Source: Pseudomonadota bacterium
GTDB taxonomy: Bacteria; Pseudomonadota; Alphaproteobacteria; Rhizobiales; Devosiaceae
NCBI GenBank assembly: GCA_023390785.1
Contig: JAEWCE010000011.1
Location: forward strand, 1-45,097
Reading direction: 5' to 3'
DNA length: 45,097 nt
Part shown: in pieces, positions 37,338-45,097 of the stretch
Position numbering within the stretch: position 1 is the first letter of the stretch
How the letters are laid out: every line of letters begins with the position of its first letter
Translations under genes and position numbers: made by a program
The notes under the pieces: model-generated
Database searches by the model: none
What the model was told of the DNA's origin: nothing
Seen by the model: only the letters and a program-made list of their open reading frames with translations

Positions 37338-38592
37338 ACTGGACCTGCTTGCACTCGCGCTGTTTGCCGGTCTCGCCGTCGGGGCAGCGCCCGCCCTGTC
37401 TCAGGACGAGGCGGGTAACGCCGCCACGCAGCAAGGTGCCCCCGTGCCCGGCCCGCCGCCGAGTGGGCCGGTCTCGACCGCCAGGGTCGGCTTTCTCGAT
37501 CTCAGGGACGACGCTCGCTATCACCCACGGATCGCCTATACGCGCATCCAGATTTCGCCTGCCCTGCACCCGGTCGAGGGCGCGCGTGTGGCGCTCAGCG
37601 ACATGAAGATCGTGACCGACGCGGCCAATGTGCAATTGTCGCTCGACGAACAGCAGGCAACCGATGCCAATGATGCCATCGCCAGGCTTCAGGCCATGGC
37701 CGCCGCGGGCGAGCGGTTTGCCATTCTCGACCTGCCTGGAGAGATCGTGGCCCAGGTTGGGCCGGCGCTGGCCAATACCCCGCTCACCCTGATCAACGCC
37801 ACCGCTCCGCAGGATGCGCTGCGTGAGCTGTGCCTGCCCAACATGCTGCACGTGGCCGCGTCGGACCGCATGCTGGCCGACGCATATACGGAATTCCTCA
37901 GGCATCGAAACTGGGTCAAGGTGCTGGTCCTGCAGGGGGACCAGACGCGCGACAAGGAGATGGCTGATGCGTTTCAGCAGTCTGCCGAGCGCATGGGCAT
38001 CCAGATCGTTGCGCGCAAGCAGTTTACGCTGTCGACCGATCCGGCCAACCGGGAGAACAACGATACACTGTTGATCACGGGCGGCCTCGATTACGACGTG
38101 ATCTATATTGCGGATTCGCTGGGAGAGTATTCTCGCAAGCTGCCCTACAGCACGCAGCTCCCGCGACCGGTCATCGGCTCGACAGGCTTGACGGCCTCGG
38201 AGTGGAACTGGTCGTGGGACCAGGACAGTGCCACCCAGATCACGCTCCGCTTCCAGCGCGCCGCCGAAGGCAACCGGCCCATGTCGGGATACGACTGGGA
38301 CACCTGGATGGCGTTCAAGGCGATCGCAACGGCCTATGCCAAGGCCCGTTCCACCGACCCTGACAAGATCGACGCCTATCTCAAGGGCAAGCGTCTGAAG
38401 ATCGATGGATCGAAGGGGATCGAGTTGGACTTTCGGCCCTGGGACAGGCAGCTTCGCATGCCCATCATTCTGTCGACGAGCGACTCGACAGTGGGGGCTG
38501 CGCCGTTCCCTGAATTTCTGCACCAAAGCAACGAGCTCGACAGTCTTGGGGTCGATCAACCGGAGTCGAAGTGTCAGGTCACGCAGCAGTAG
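37330..38592 (+). CDS. ABC substrate-binding protein, PQQ-alcohol-dehydrogenase-system type (PedA1/LutA-like)
   Basis: Signal peptide; LR..C.PN.LH..ASDRMLADA..FL..RNW, DYDV, PRPV.GS.GL, DG.KG..L.FRPWDRQLR.P, FLH...LD.LG.D.PES.C. Confidence 0.85.
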   Translation: MTRLDLLALALFAGLAVGAAPALSQDEAGNAATQQGAPVPGPPPSGPVSTARVGFLDLRDDARYHPRIAYTRIQISPALHPVEGARVALSDMKIVTDAANVQLSLDEQQATDANDAIARLQAMAAAGERFAILDLPGEIVAQVGPALANTPLTLINATAPQDALRELCLPNMLHVAASDRMLADAYTEFLRHRNWVKVLVLQGDQTRDKEMADAFQQSAERMGIQIVARKQFTLSTDPANRENNDTLLITGGLDYDVIYIADSLGEYSRKLPYSTQLPRPVIGSTGLTASEWNWSWDQDSATQITLRFQRAAEGNRPMSGYDWDTWMAFKAIATAYAKARSTDPDKIDAYLKGKRLKIDGSKGIELDFRPWDRQLRMPIILSTSDSTVGAAPFPEFLHQSNELDSLGVDQPESKCQVTQQ

Positions 38593-39422
38593 CAGTCTCC
38601 CGCCCCGCTGATCTCCCTCTGCTCGCGCGTTACTGGGTCGGGTTCTCGGCCATCGTCTGGCGCGAGATTGCGAAATTCCTGCGCCAGACCGAGCGGTTGA
38701 TCTCGGCGCTGCTGCGGCCGCTGCTCTGGCTGTTGGTGTTTGCGGCCGGATTGCACGACCTGCTGGGCGTCTCCATCATCCCGCCATACCGCACCTACGT
38801 GCAATATCAGGAATATGTCCTGCCCGGCCTGATCGGCATTGTGGTGCTCTTCCAGTGCATGCAGTCGGCGCTGTCGATGGTCTATGACCGGGAAGCGGGC
38901 GTGATGCGAGTCATGCTGGTGACGCCGCTGCCGCGCAACTTCCTGCTGTTTTCCAAGATCTGCGCGGCGACCACATTGTCGGTGCTGCAGGTTTATGCGT
39001 TCGTCCTGGTGTCGCGAATTCTCGGCTTCGGCTTTCCCGGGCTCGGCTGGCTGACCATCCTGCCGGCGGTGATCGTCGTCGGACTGATGCTGGGCTCCAT
39101 CGGACTGCTGGTCTCGGTCTATACGCCAAAGATCGAGAATTTCGCTGGAATGATGAACTTCGTCGTGTTTCCGATGTTCTTCCTGTCCGCTGCGCTCTAT
39201 CCGCTCTGGAAGCTGCGTGAGGCCGGCGCCTACCTCATCTGGTACCTCGCCAATGCCAATCCCTTTACCTATGCCGTCGAATTGATCCGCTTTGCGGCCT
39301 ACGGCCAGGTCGAATGGGTGTCCTTGGGCGTCGTCGCGGGCTGCACGATCGTGGCGTTCTTCCTCGCCGCGCGGGGCTACAACCCGCAATCCGGCGCCAT
39401 CCGCAACGTGCGCCGCGCCTGA
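38571..39422 (+). CDS. ABC-2 type permease, PQQ-alcohol-dehydrogenase-system type (PedC/LutF-like)
   Basis: SALLRPLLWL.VFAAG, PPY.TY, MQSALSMVYDREAG, ENFAGMMNFVVFP.FFLS.ALYPLW. Confidence 0.9.
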   Translation: MSGHAAVAVSRPADLPLLARYWVGFSAIVWREIAKFLRQTERLISALLRPLLWLLVFAAGLHDLLGVSIIPPYRTYVQYQEYVLPGLIGIVVLFQCMQSALSMVYDREAGVMRVMLVTPLPRNFLLFSKICAATTLSVLQVYAFVLVSRILGFGFPGLGWLTILPAVIVVGLMLGSIGLLVSVYTPKIENFAGMMNFVVFPMFFLSAALYPLWKLREAGAYLIWYLANANPFTYAVELIRFAAYGQVEWVSLGVVAGCTIVAFFLAARGYNPQSGAIRNVRRA

Positions 39423-39644
39423 TGCGGTGGGCAGGGCGGGGACACGCTCATCCAGTGCTCGCACCGCCTGCCCGACGAACAGGATGTGCAGGGCTCTGAC
39501 GTCGCGCCCAGGCAGGTCAACTCGGCAACCTCGGCTCATCGGCTACCGTGGCAGATGGTGATCTTCCACAATCCGTTTCGATCGACCGTCACCAAACTGT
39601 AGAAGGGAGTTGGTTTTCGGCCCGGATCGGGTTACCTGCGGCGC

Positions 39645-40955
39645 ATGCCACAAAGGTCCTCCACGATCTTTGCCTTTGACGTCGACACCTATCGGCGTCG
39701 CGCACTTTTCGTCATCGGCGGCATTGTCGTCGGCTGTCTCGCGGTGCTCATGGCCGTCATGGCGGACAGGGCGCAGCGCGTTTTCGCACTCGTTGCGCTG
39801 CACTGGGTCTGGGCACCGCTCCTCATCACCCCCGCAGGCTTTGCGGTTTCCGCCTACGTCACACGGAGATTCTTCCCCGGAGCCCAGGGAAGCGGCATAC
39901 CGCAGGTCATCGCCGCTCGCCGCCTCGACCGTCTCGAGGACCGTAGTCGGCTCGTGTCGTTGCGGCTTGCGGCCGCAAAAATCGGTCTCCTGCTGCTGGG
40001 GCTGTTGTGCGGGGCCTCCAGCGGCCGTGAGGGCCCTACCGTCCAGGTCGGCGCCGCCGCCATGGCCATGCTTGGCCGCCTCGAGCCGCACCGCCAGCCG
40101 GGGCTGTTGCTCGCCGGCTCGGCTGCCGGCATCGCGGCGGCGTTCAATGCACCGCTGGCCGGCATCATCTTCGGCATCGAGGAAATGAGCCGATCGTTCG
40201 AGCAGCGATCCAGCGTATTGGTGCTCGTGACCGTCATCGTCGCCGGTCTCACCTCGCTGATGCTGATCGGCAATTATACCTATTTCGGGCTGGGCCACGG
40301 CGCCATGCTCGCCGGCTGGCAATGGCTGTCGGTGCCGGTCGTGGTGGTTGTCGGAGGCCTGCTCGGAGGACTCTTCAGTCGCATCGTCGTGTCGATTGCG
40401 AACTGGAATGCGCCAGGTTCCGCCTTTGGTCTCGTCACCAGGCACCCGGTCGCCTTTGCGATGCTTTGCGGCCTGCTCGTCGCGGTCTGCGGCCTGCTGA
40501 GCGACGGCAGTGTCTTCGGCACTGGCTACGCCGAGGCGCAGGCTGTCCTCGACGGCCAGCAGATGCCTTGGCTCTTTGGCCCGCTGAAGCTCGTCGCCAC
40601 CATCCTCTCCACCATCAGCGGCATCCCCGGCGGCATCTTCTCGCCGTCCCTCTCGGTCGGCGCGGGGATCGGCTACGACCTGTCGGCACTGCTGCCCGGT
40701 ATGCCGATAGATACCCTGGCGATCCTGTGCATGGCAGCGTATCTGGCTGGCGTTGTGCAGGCGCCTCTCACCTCCGCCGTCATCGTTTCGGAAATGACGG
40801 CCGACCACAGCCTTATCCTGCCGATCATGATCTGCGCCGTGGGCGCCAGCGCGGTGTCCCGCCTGGTCAGCCGCGAGGGCATCTACCACGCCCTCGCGGC
40901 CAGGCTCATCCCAGCCACCCCGGAGTCGCCGCCAGGTCCCGGTCGGACCGAGTAA
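39645..40955 (+). CDS. ClC chloride channel / Cl-/H+ antiporter
   Basis: GSGIP, GREGP, AAAFNAPLAG..F.IEE, GGIFSP, EMT, IY motifs. Confidence 0.93.
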   Translation: MPQRSSTIFAFDVDTYRRRALFVIGGIVVGCLAVLMAVMADRAQRVFALVALHWVWAPLLITPAGFAVSAYVTRRFFPGAQGSGIPQVIAARRLDRLEDRSRLVSLRLAAAKIGLLLLGLLCGASSGREGPTVQVGAAAMAMLGRLEPHRQPGLLLAGSAAGIAAAFNAPLAGIIFGIEEMSRSFEQRSSVLVLVTVIVAGLTSLMLIGNYTYFGLGHGAMLAGWQWLSVPVVVVVGGLLGGLFSRIVVSIANWNAPGSAFGLVTRHPVAFAMLCGLLVAVCGLLSDGSVFGTGYAEAQAVLDGQQMPWLFGPLKLVATILSTISGIPGGIFSPSLSVGAGIGYDLSALLPGMPIDTLAILCMAAYLAGVVQAPLTSAVIVSEMTADHSLILPIMICAVGASAVSRLVSREGIYHALAARLIPATPESPPGPGRTE

Positions 40956-41206
40956 CGATCCGAACGTTCGTCGCATCGAACTCCAATGCGGCTTGCCGCA
41001 GCCAGGCCTCGCACTCCGCCGGCGACGCGAACACCCTGGGTCCGACCTGGGTGTCGAAGAGCTGGCTGTGCTTCTCGGATGTCACGAGCCCTCGCGCACA
41101 CCAGCCGTCGCGCCGCAGCTTCCGGACACTTCCCTGAAACGTGGACATTTGCGTCTTTTCGGCGAAAAACCGTCCCCTAAGGTGATGGAAACCGGCCCAA
41201 TGTCCG

Positions 41207-42010
41207 TTATTTCACGACGTCGAAGGTGACGTGCGCGACGGGGCCCGTGATGTCCCAGTTCCACGATTTCGGCGCATCGGCATCGCCGCGGATGCCGGTA
41301 TGATAGGTGATGACGCCGTCCTCGGGGTCGCGCGCATTGCCGCCGCCCAGGGCACCGAGATAGCCCTTCTTCTCGCTGTTCTTCTCCGAGCCGGCGTCAT
41401 ATCCGCGGACGTCGAGGCTGGCTGATCCGTCCAGCTTGAAGCCGTCGAAGCCCGCAAAGCCTGAAAAGCCGTCATTGGTATTGCCCAGCATCCAGACTGC
41501 ATCGATGAGTGGATGCGTCTCGTCGACATGTACGTAGAAGGTCCGGGTCTGGCCGGGAAGCGTATGGATCGCCAGGCCGGCGTCGCCGATCGCGGAGTCC
41601 TTGTTCATCGCCGCCGAAACCGAGAACATGCCGATGTTGCCACCTTCGGCAACGGCAACCAGGGCATCTGAGGCCTTGTCTCCCAGCTTGAACAATGGCG
41701 CTGCGGCGCCGGTGCGGCTTTGCGCATAGGTCGGCGAAAAGGGCTGGCCGCTGGTCAGGTCTTTGATGGTGATCCTGATGAGCTTGCCTTCGTCTATCAT
41801 GGGGGCGCCGGCCGTACTGTCATTGGCCATCGCCATCTCGTTCGACATCATCGGGTCACCCGCCATCGGAGCGGCCATTGCGTTGGTGGACATTGCGCTG
41901 GTGGACATCATCGAGCTGCTCGACATCGCATCGTCGGCGAGCGCGGGGGCGGCGAGAGCAATCAGTGCGGCCGAGACAAAAACGGTCGCGTGGCGCAGGG
42001 AATGCGTCAT
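41207..42010 (-). CDS. Secreted spondin-domain protein with Met-rich N-terminal extension
   Basis: GGAAGG RBS; signal peptide; QPFSP, ASDAL..VAEGG, ML.NTNDGF.G, YDAGSE.N spondin_N motifs. Confidence 0.82.
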   Translation of the reverse strand: MTHSLRHATVFVSAALIALAAPALADDAMSSSSMMSTSAMSTNAMAAPMAGDPMMSNEMAMANDSTAGAPMIDEGKLIRITIKDLTSGQPFSPTYAQSRTGAAAPLFKLGDKASDALVAVAEGGNIGMFSVSAAMNKDSAIGDAGLAIHTLPGQTRTFYVHVDETHPLIDAVWMLGNTNDGFSGFAGFDGFKLDGSASLDVRGYDAGSEKNSEKKGYLGALGGGNARDPEDGVITYHTGIRGDADAPKSWNWDITGPVAHVTFDVVK

Positions 42011-42079
42011 GGCAAATATCCTTCCAATGAGGGTTCAGATCGGGTCTGGACGGCCGCTGTCGCCGTCCATGCTACCGGT

Positions 42080-42105
42080 TTCGCAGGAGGTCCCGAAAAG
42101 GTTAC
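42080..42105 (-). promoter_or_regulatory. ECF SigF-type promoter of the spondin gene
   Basis: Minus strand GTAACC-ttttcgggacctcctg (16 nt)-CGAA, exact match to the Caulobacter SigF consensus; the -35 overlaps the nrsF stop codon. Confidence 0.8.
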
Positions 42106-42773
42106 GCGCGGCGGCGAAAATTGTTCGCAGGAACAAACAGCCGCCCGCCCAGCACCGCGTTGATGGCCACCACGACGACCACCGCTAGGGCGTGGGAGCA
42201 GAGATCGAGCACGGCGGAATCATGAGGATGGACGAGGAGCAGCAGGGTTGCTCCGGCCGCCGAAGCAGCGAGGCCGCCGAGAATGGCCACCCGCAATGGC
42301 CGCAACGGTCGGGCGCGCCGGACCATGACGACGGTCGCGGCCGACAGCGGGATCGACAGCGCGAAGATGATGGCGAGGCAGGTGAAAAACTGCGGCACGT
42401 TATTCTGAATCGCCGGATTGCCGAGGCTGGCGACGCATCCGAGGCCATTGAGTGCCGCCCACACCAGGAATGCGGGCACCGGTAGCACCGCCCACGCATT
42501 CGAGCGATCGGGCAGGCTGAGCTGGAAAGCGGCGAAGGCCGCCAGCAATGCCGTGGCGCCCGAGGCCAACGCTCCGGGGATCACGTAGGGGTCAACCTTG
42601 GGTGGGCCGGTCCAATCGAAGACCACCCGGATGACGATGAGTATGAGCGCGAGGCCGAACACACCTGCGAGCCAATAGAGCGAGCGCAGCCACGGGGGCG
42701 CGAGACGCCGCACCGGCTGCAGATCGGCACTGAGATCGCCGATCAGACGGGAGATATCGCCGCCTTCAGACAT
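42102..42773 (-). CDS. nrsF: Anti-sigma factor NrsF (DUF1109)
   Basis: LI..L.ADL.PVRRL.PP N-terminus, about 6 TM, loop cysteines, directly downstream of an ECF sigma. Confidence 0.85.
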   Translation of the reverse strand: MSEGGDISRLIGDLSADLQPVRRLAPPWLRSLYWLAGVFGLALILIVIRVVFDWTGPPKVDPYVIPGALASGATALLAAFAAFQLSLPDRSNAWAVLPVPAFLVWAALNGLGCVASLGNPAIQNNVPQFFTCLAIIFALSIPLSAATVVMVRRARPLRPLRVAILGGLAASAAGATLLLLVHPHDSAVLDLCSHALAVVVVVAINAVLGGRLFVPANNFRRRA

Positions 42774-42785
42774 TGTTGCTCGTAC

Positions 42786-43388
42786 TCACTGGGCTCCTCC
42801 GTCCGCCTCGACGCCACCCATGCGCGCCCGCAGGGTCTTGATTGCGCGGTGAAGATTGACCTTCAACGCCGATTTCGTTCGGCCAGTGCGTTTGGATGCA
42901 TCTTCCAGCGAATTTTCTTCGAGAGCGAGCGCCTCGACGGCTTGGCGCTGGCCTTCGGGCAGCTTTGCGACGGCGGCACGCAGCTGGCGTGCCTCGCTGG
43001 TCGAGGTGGCGTCAGCCTCCGGATTGCCCTCGGCGATGTGGGTTTCGGCGGCAAGCGGCGCATGGACTTCGCGGCTGCGGAGGCGCGTCTGCCGGCGTAG
43101 GATATCGATGGTGCGACGCTGTGTGATTGCAATGAGCCAGGCGACAAACGAGCGGCCGGGGTCGAAGGTGGCGCGGGCGCCGTGCAGCGTGATCAAGACA
43201 TCCTGGACCACATCGTCGAGGATGTTGGCGTCGGCGCCCTGTGCAAGGGCAATGCGCCGAACAATGGGAACGCAATCGCGCAAAACCACCTCGTAAGCGG
43301 CGCGATCGCCAGCCTGTGCGGCGGCCATCGCACCCGTCAACCGGCGGTCGGTCGCCGCCCGCTCGGCGGCAAAGTCATCATTGCGCAT
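42786..43388 (-). CDS. sigF: ECF RNA polymerase sigma factor, SigF-like
   Basis: M.AAQAGD.AAY, DDVVQD.L..LH.ARATFDP.R.F.AWL, LP..QR, KVNLHRAIK.L; paired with nrsF. Confidence 0.85.
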   Translation of the reverse strand: MRNDDFAAERAATDRRLTGAMAAAQAGDRAAYEVVLRDCVPIVRRIALAQGADANILDDVVQDVLITLHGARATFDPGRSFVAWLIAITQRRTIDILRRQTRLRSREVHAPLAAETHIAEGNPEADATSTSEARQLRAAVAKLPEGQRQAVEALALEENSLEDASKRTGRTKSALKVNLHRAIKTLRARMGGVEADGGAQ

Positions 43389-43473
43389 GATCGCGGGAAC
43401 CCTCGGATCACGAGGCTAGGCCGGGTGACGCGGCATTTCAACGATTGCCGTAGGCGGCCGGCGCATACGGCGA

Positions 43474-45097
43474 TCAGAAGGGCAGGGAGGATGCCTGGCG
43501 GTCCGCCCGTTTCTGGGCTGCGATACGAAATGGCGCGTTGGGGGCGCCATAACCCACGTAATCTCCCTGCCTTTCGGCGATTTCGAAGAAGAATCCCTGC
43601 CCGATCGTGGCGCTGTAGAACTGGAAGAACTCGCCGCCCTCGTCTCGGTCGTAGAGGATGTTATGTCTCCGCAACGCTTCCACGAATCCGGCTTCGAGCC
43701 CGAGACGGGCGGCGAGGTCGTCGTAATAGGTGTCGGGGATCGCCAGTGGTACGAAGCCCCGACCTGCCAGCGCCGCCGCGGTGGCCATGATGTCGTCCGT
43801 GCCGAGCGCCAGGTGCTGGATACCGGAGCCGAAATTCCTCTGCACGAACTCACCGGCAAAGGTACGGCTGCTGTCCGCGCCATTGAGCGTCAGTCGCAAC
43901 GCTCCCGACGCGGCCGCCACCACCTGGCTGCGCACCAGCCCGCCGGGGTCGAGGACGTCGACCATCGGGCTCTTCTCCACCGCAAAGATCGACCGGTAGA
44001 ACAGAACCCAGGTCAGCATCTGGTCGTAATCCATGGTCTGGGCGAGGTGATCGATGCGCGTCAATCCGGCGTTAGGGCCGGCTGTGCTCTCGAGCGGCAC
44101 GAACTCCCGCTCCCAGATGGCGCCCAGCGTCTCCGATTTGTCGAGGAAGTAGATGAGCCCGCCTCCGACCCCGCGAATGGCGGGGACCATGGTCTCCCCC
44201 TCGGCCACGCCTTGCGAAAAGATGTTGGCGCCAAGCGCCACGGCGCGCTGCACGGCCGCACCGGCATCAGGAACCTCGATGCCGAAGGCGTAAGCGGACA
44301 GGCCGTGCGTCACATATTGAGATCGCACCAGCCCCTCGGGCTCGGTGTTAACGATCAGCCGTATGTCACCCTGCCGGTAGAGTGTCACCTGCTTGCTGCG
44401 GTGCTGCCCGGCAGGCTCGAAACCGAGCTGCAGCAGCAGATCGCGCAGCGGTGCGACATCGTCCGGCGCCGCTGCGAACTCGACGAAAGCGATCCCCGCG
44501 ACCGGGCTACGCTCCGGCATCGCGGGCACGGAAATGGCGATGGGTGACGGCTCGAATTGGCGCACCTGGTCCATCAGGTAGAGCAGGGAGCGATGGCCGT
44601 CGGCGGCGATCACCTTGGGCGAGCCGCCGCGAAACTGGTCGTTGAAGATTTCGAGCGAAAGCGGGCCGGCATATCCGGTTGCCGCCACCGCTCGCATGAA
44701 GTCGACCACCGGCAGGTCGCCTTCGCCCGGCATCGAGCGGAAGTGCCGACTCAGGTACAGCAGGTCCATCTCGATCCGCGGCGCGTCGGCGAGCTGGACG
44801 ATGAAGATAAGATCGCCAGGGATCGAGCGGATCGTGTCGGAATCGATCCGTCGTACCAGCGTGTGGAAGCTGTCGAGGATCAGGCCGATATTTGGGTGGT
44901 CGGCGCGCCGCACGATTTCCCAGGCGTCACGATGGTCACTCACGTGCCTGCCCCAGGCCAGAGCCTCGTAGCCGACCCGGACGCCCATCGATTTTGCCAG
45001 CTCTCCCAGCGCTCGCAAATCTTCGGCGGCCCGGTCGACGCCGCCGCGCGCCTGTGGCGAGACGTTCGAGCAGACCAGCATCAGGTCCGTGCCGAGT
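43474..45097 (-). CDS. quiC: Fused sugar-phosphate-isomerase/4-HPPD-like protein, 3-dehydroshikimate dehydratase (QuiC1-like), 5' truncated by window
   Basis: YEALAWG, LDSFH, VQLADAP, SRHFR.MPGEG, SLEIFNDQFR, followed by an HPPD-like domain (IDHLA, IQHLA, FFE, GYGAPNA). Confidence 0.85.
   Translation of the reverse strand, partial: LGTDLMLVCSNVSPQARGGVDRAAEDLRALGELAKSMGVRVGYEALAWGRHVSDHRDAWEIVRRADHPNIGLILDSFHTLVRRIDSDTIRSIPGDLIFIVQLADAPRIEMDLLYLSRHFRSMPGEGDLPVVDFMRAVAATGYAGPLSLEIFNDQFRGGSPKVIAADGHRSLLYLMDQVRQFEPSPIAISVPAMPERSPVAGIAFVEFAAAPDDVAPLRDLLLQLGFEPAGQHRSKQVTLYRQGDIRLIVNTEPEGLVRSQYVTHGLSAYAFGIEVPDAGAAVQRAVALGANIFSQGVAEGETMVPAIRGVGGGLIYFLDKSETLGAIWEREFVPLESTAGPNAGLTRIDHLAQTMDYDQMLTWVLFYRSIFAVEKSPMVDVLDPGGLVRSQVVAAASGALRLTLNGADSSRTFAGEFVQRNFGSGIQHLALGTDDIMATAAALAGRGFVPLAIPDTYYDDLAARLGLEAGFVEALRRHNILYDRDEGGEFFQFYSATIGQGFFFEIAERQGDYVGYGAPNAPFRIAAQKRADRQASSLPF

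Noticed and set aside
39548..40955. Fluoride riboswitch plus fluoride-specific ClC-F
   Set aside because: The leader lacks the conserved 3' CUGAUG/CUAAUG element, and the protein has chloride-type GSGIP/GREGP motifs
43402..43429. Autoregulatory SigF promoter upstream of sigF (GTCACC...CCGA)
   Set aside because: Mismatch in the -35 element and non-consensus spacing and -10; too weak to call
1..45097. CRISPR arrays, tRNA/rRNA, IS elements, integrases
   Set aside because: No spaced direct repeats, RNA gene signatures, or transposase or integrase motifs seen on reading

Overview
GC-rich alphaproteobacterial DNA (Hyphomicrobiales-like; Devosia-like gene content is an inference) with about 45 CDS. 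I found no rRNA, tRNA, CRISPR array or mobile element. Four blocks are visible. (1) 0.7-16.1 kb is a FadR/GntR-associated sugar catabolism island: aldose epimerase, GH36 alpha-galactosidase, sugar ABC importer, cytoplasmic sulfatase, an unknown GH-like protein, an enolase-family enzyme, a TauE exporter, a DHDPS-family enzyme and two SDRs. Both of its divergent promoters carry the same operator-like motif at 22-bp spacing. (2) 16.2-24.6 kb holds a two-component system, secreted proteins, DUF3422 and a LysR. (3) 24.9-39.4 kb is the most interesting part, a PQQ/lanthanide-type gene cluster. Its quinoprotein dehydrogenase has the lanthanide-diagnostic D-x-D motif but lacks the vicinal Cys-Cys pair and has Asp at the metal-ligand Glu position. 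The cluster also encodes a cytochrome c, a PqqT-like ABC system, a Lut/Ped-like ABC system, a pentapeptide protein, a thermonuclease lacking a catalytic Arg, a cupredoxin lacking copper ligands, and an ExbB/MotA-like three-gene membrane module. (4) 39.6-45.1 kb holds a ClC channel, a SigF/NrsF pair with an exact SigF-type promoter ahead of a Met-rich spondin-domain gene, and a partial QuiC1-like dehydratase. All family calls come from motif recognition; no database search was run.
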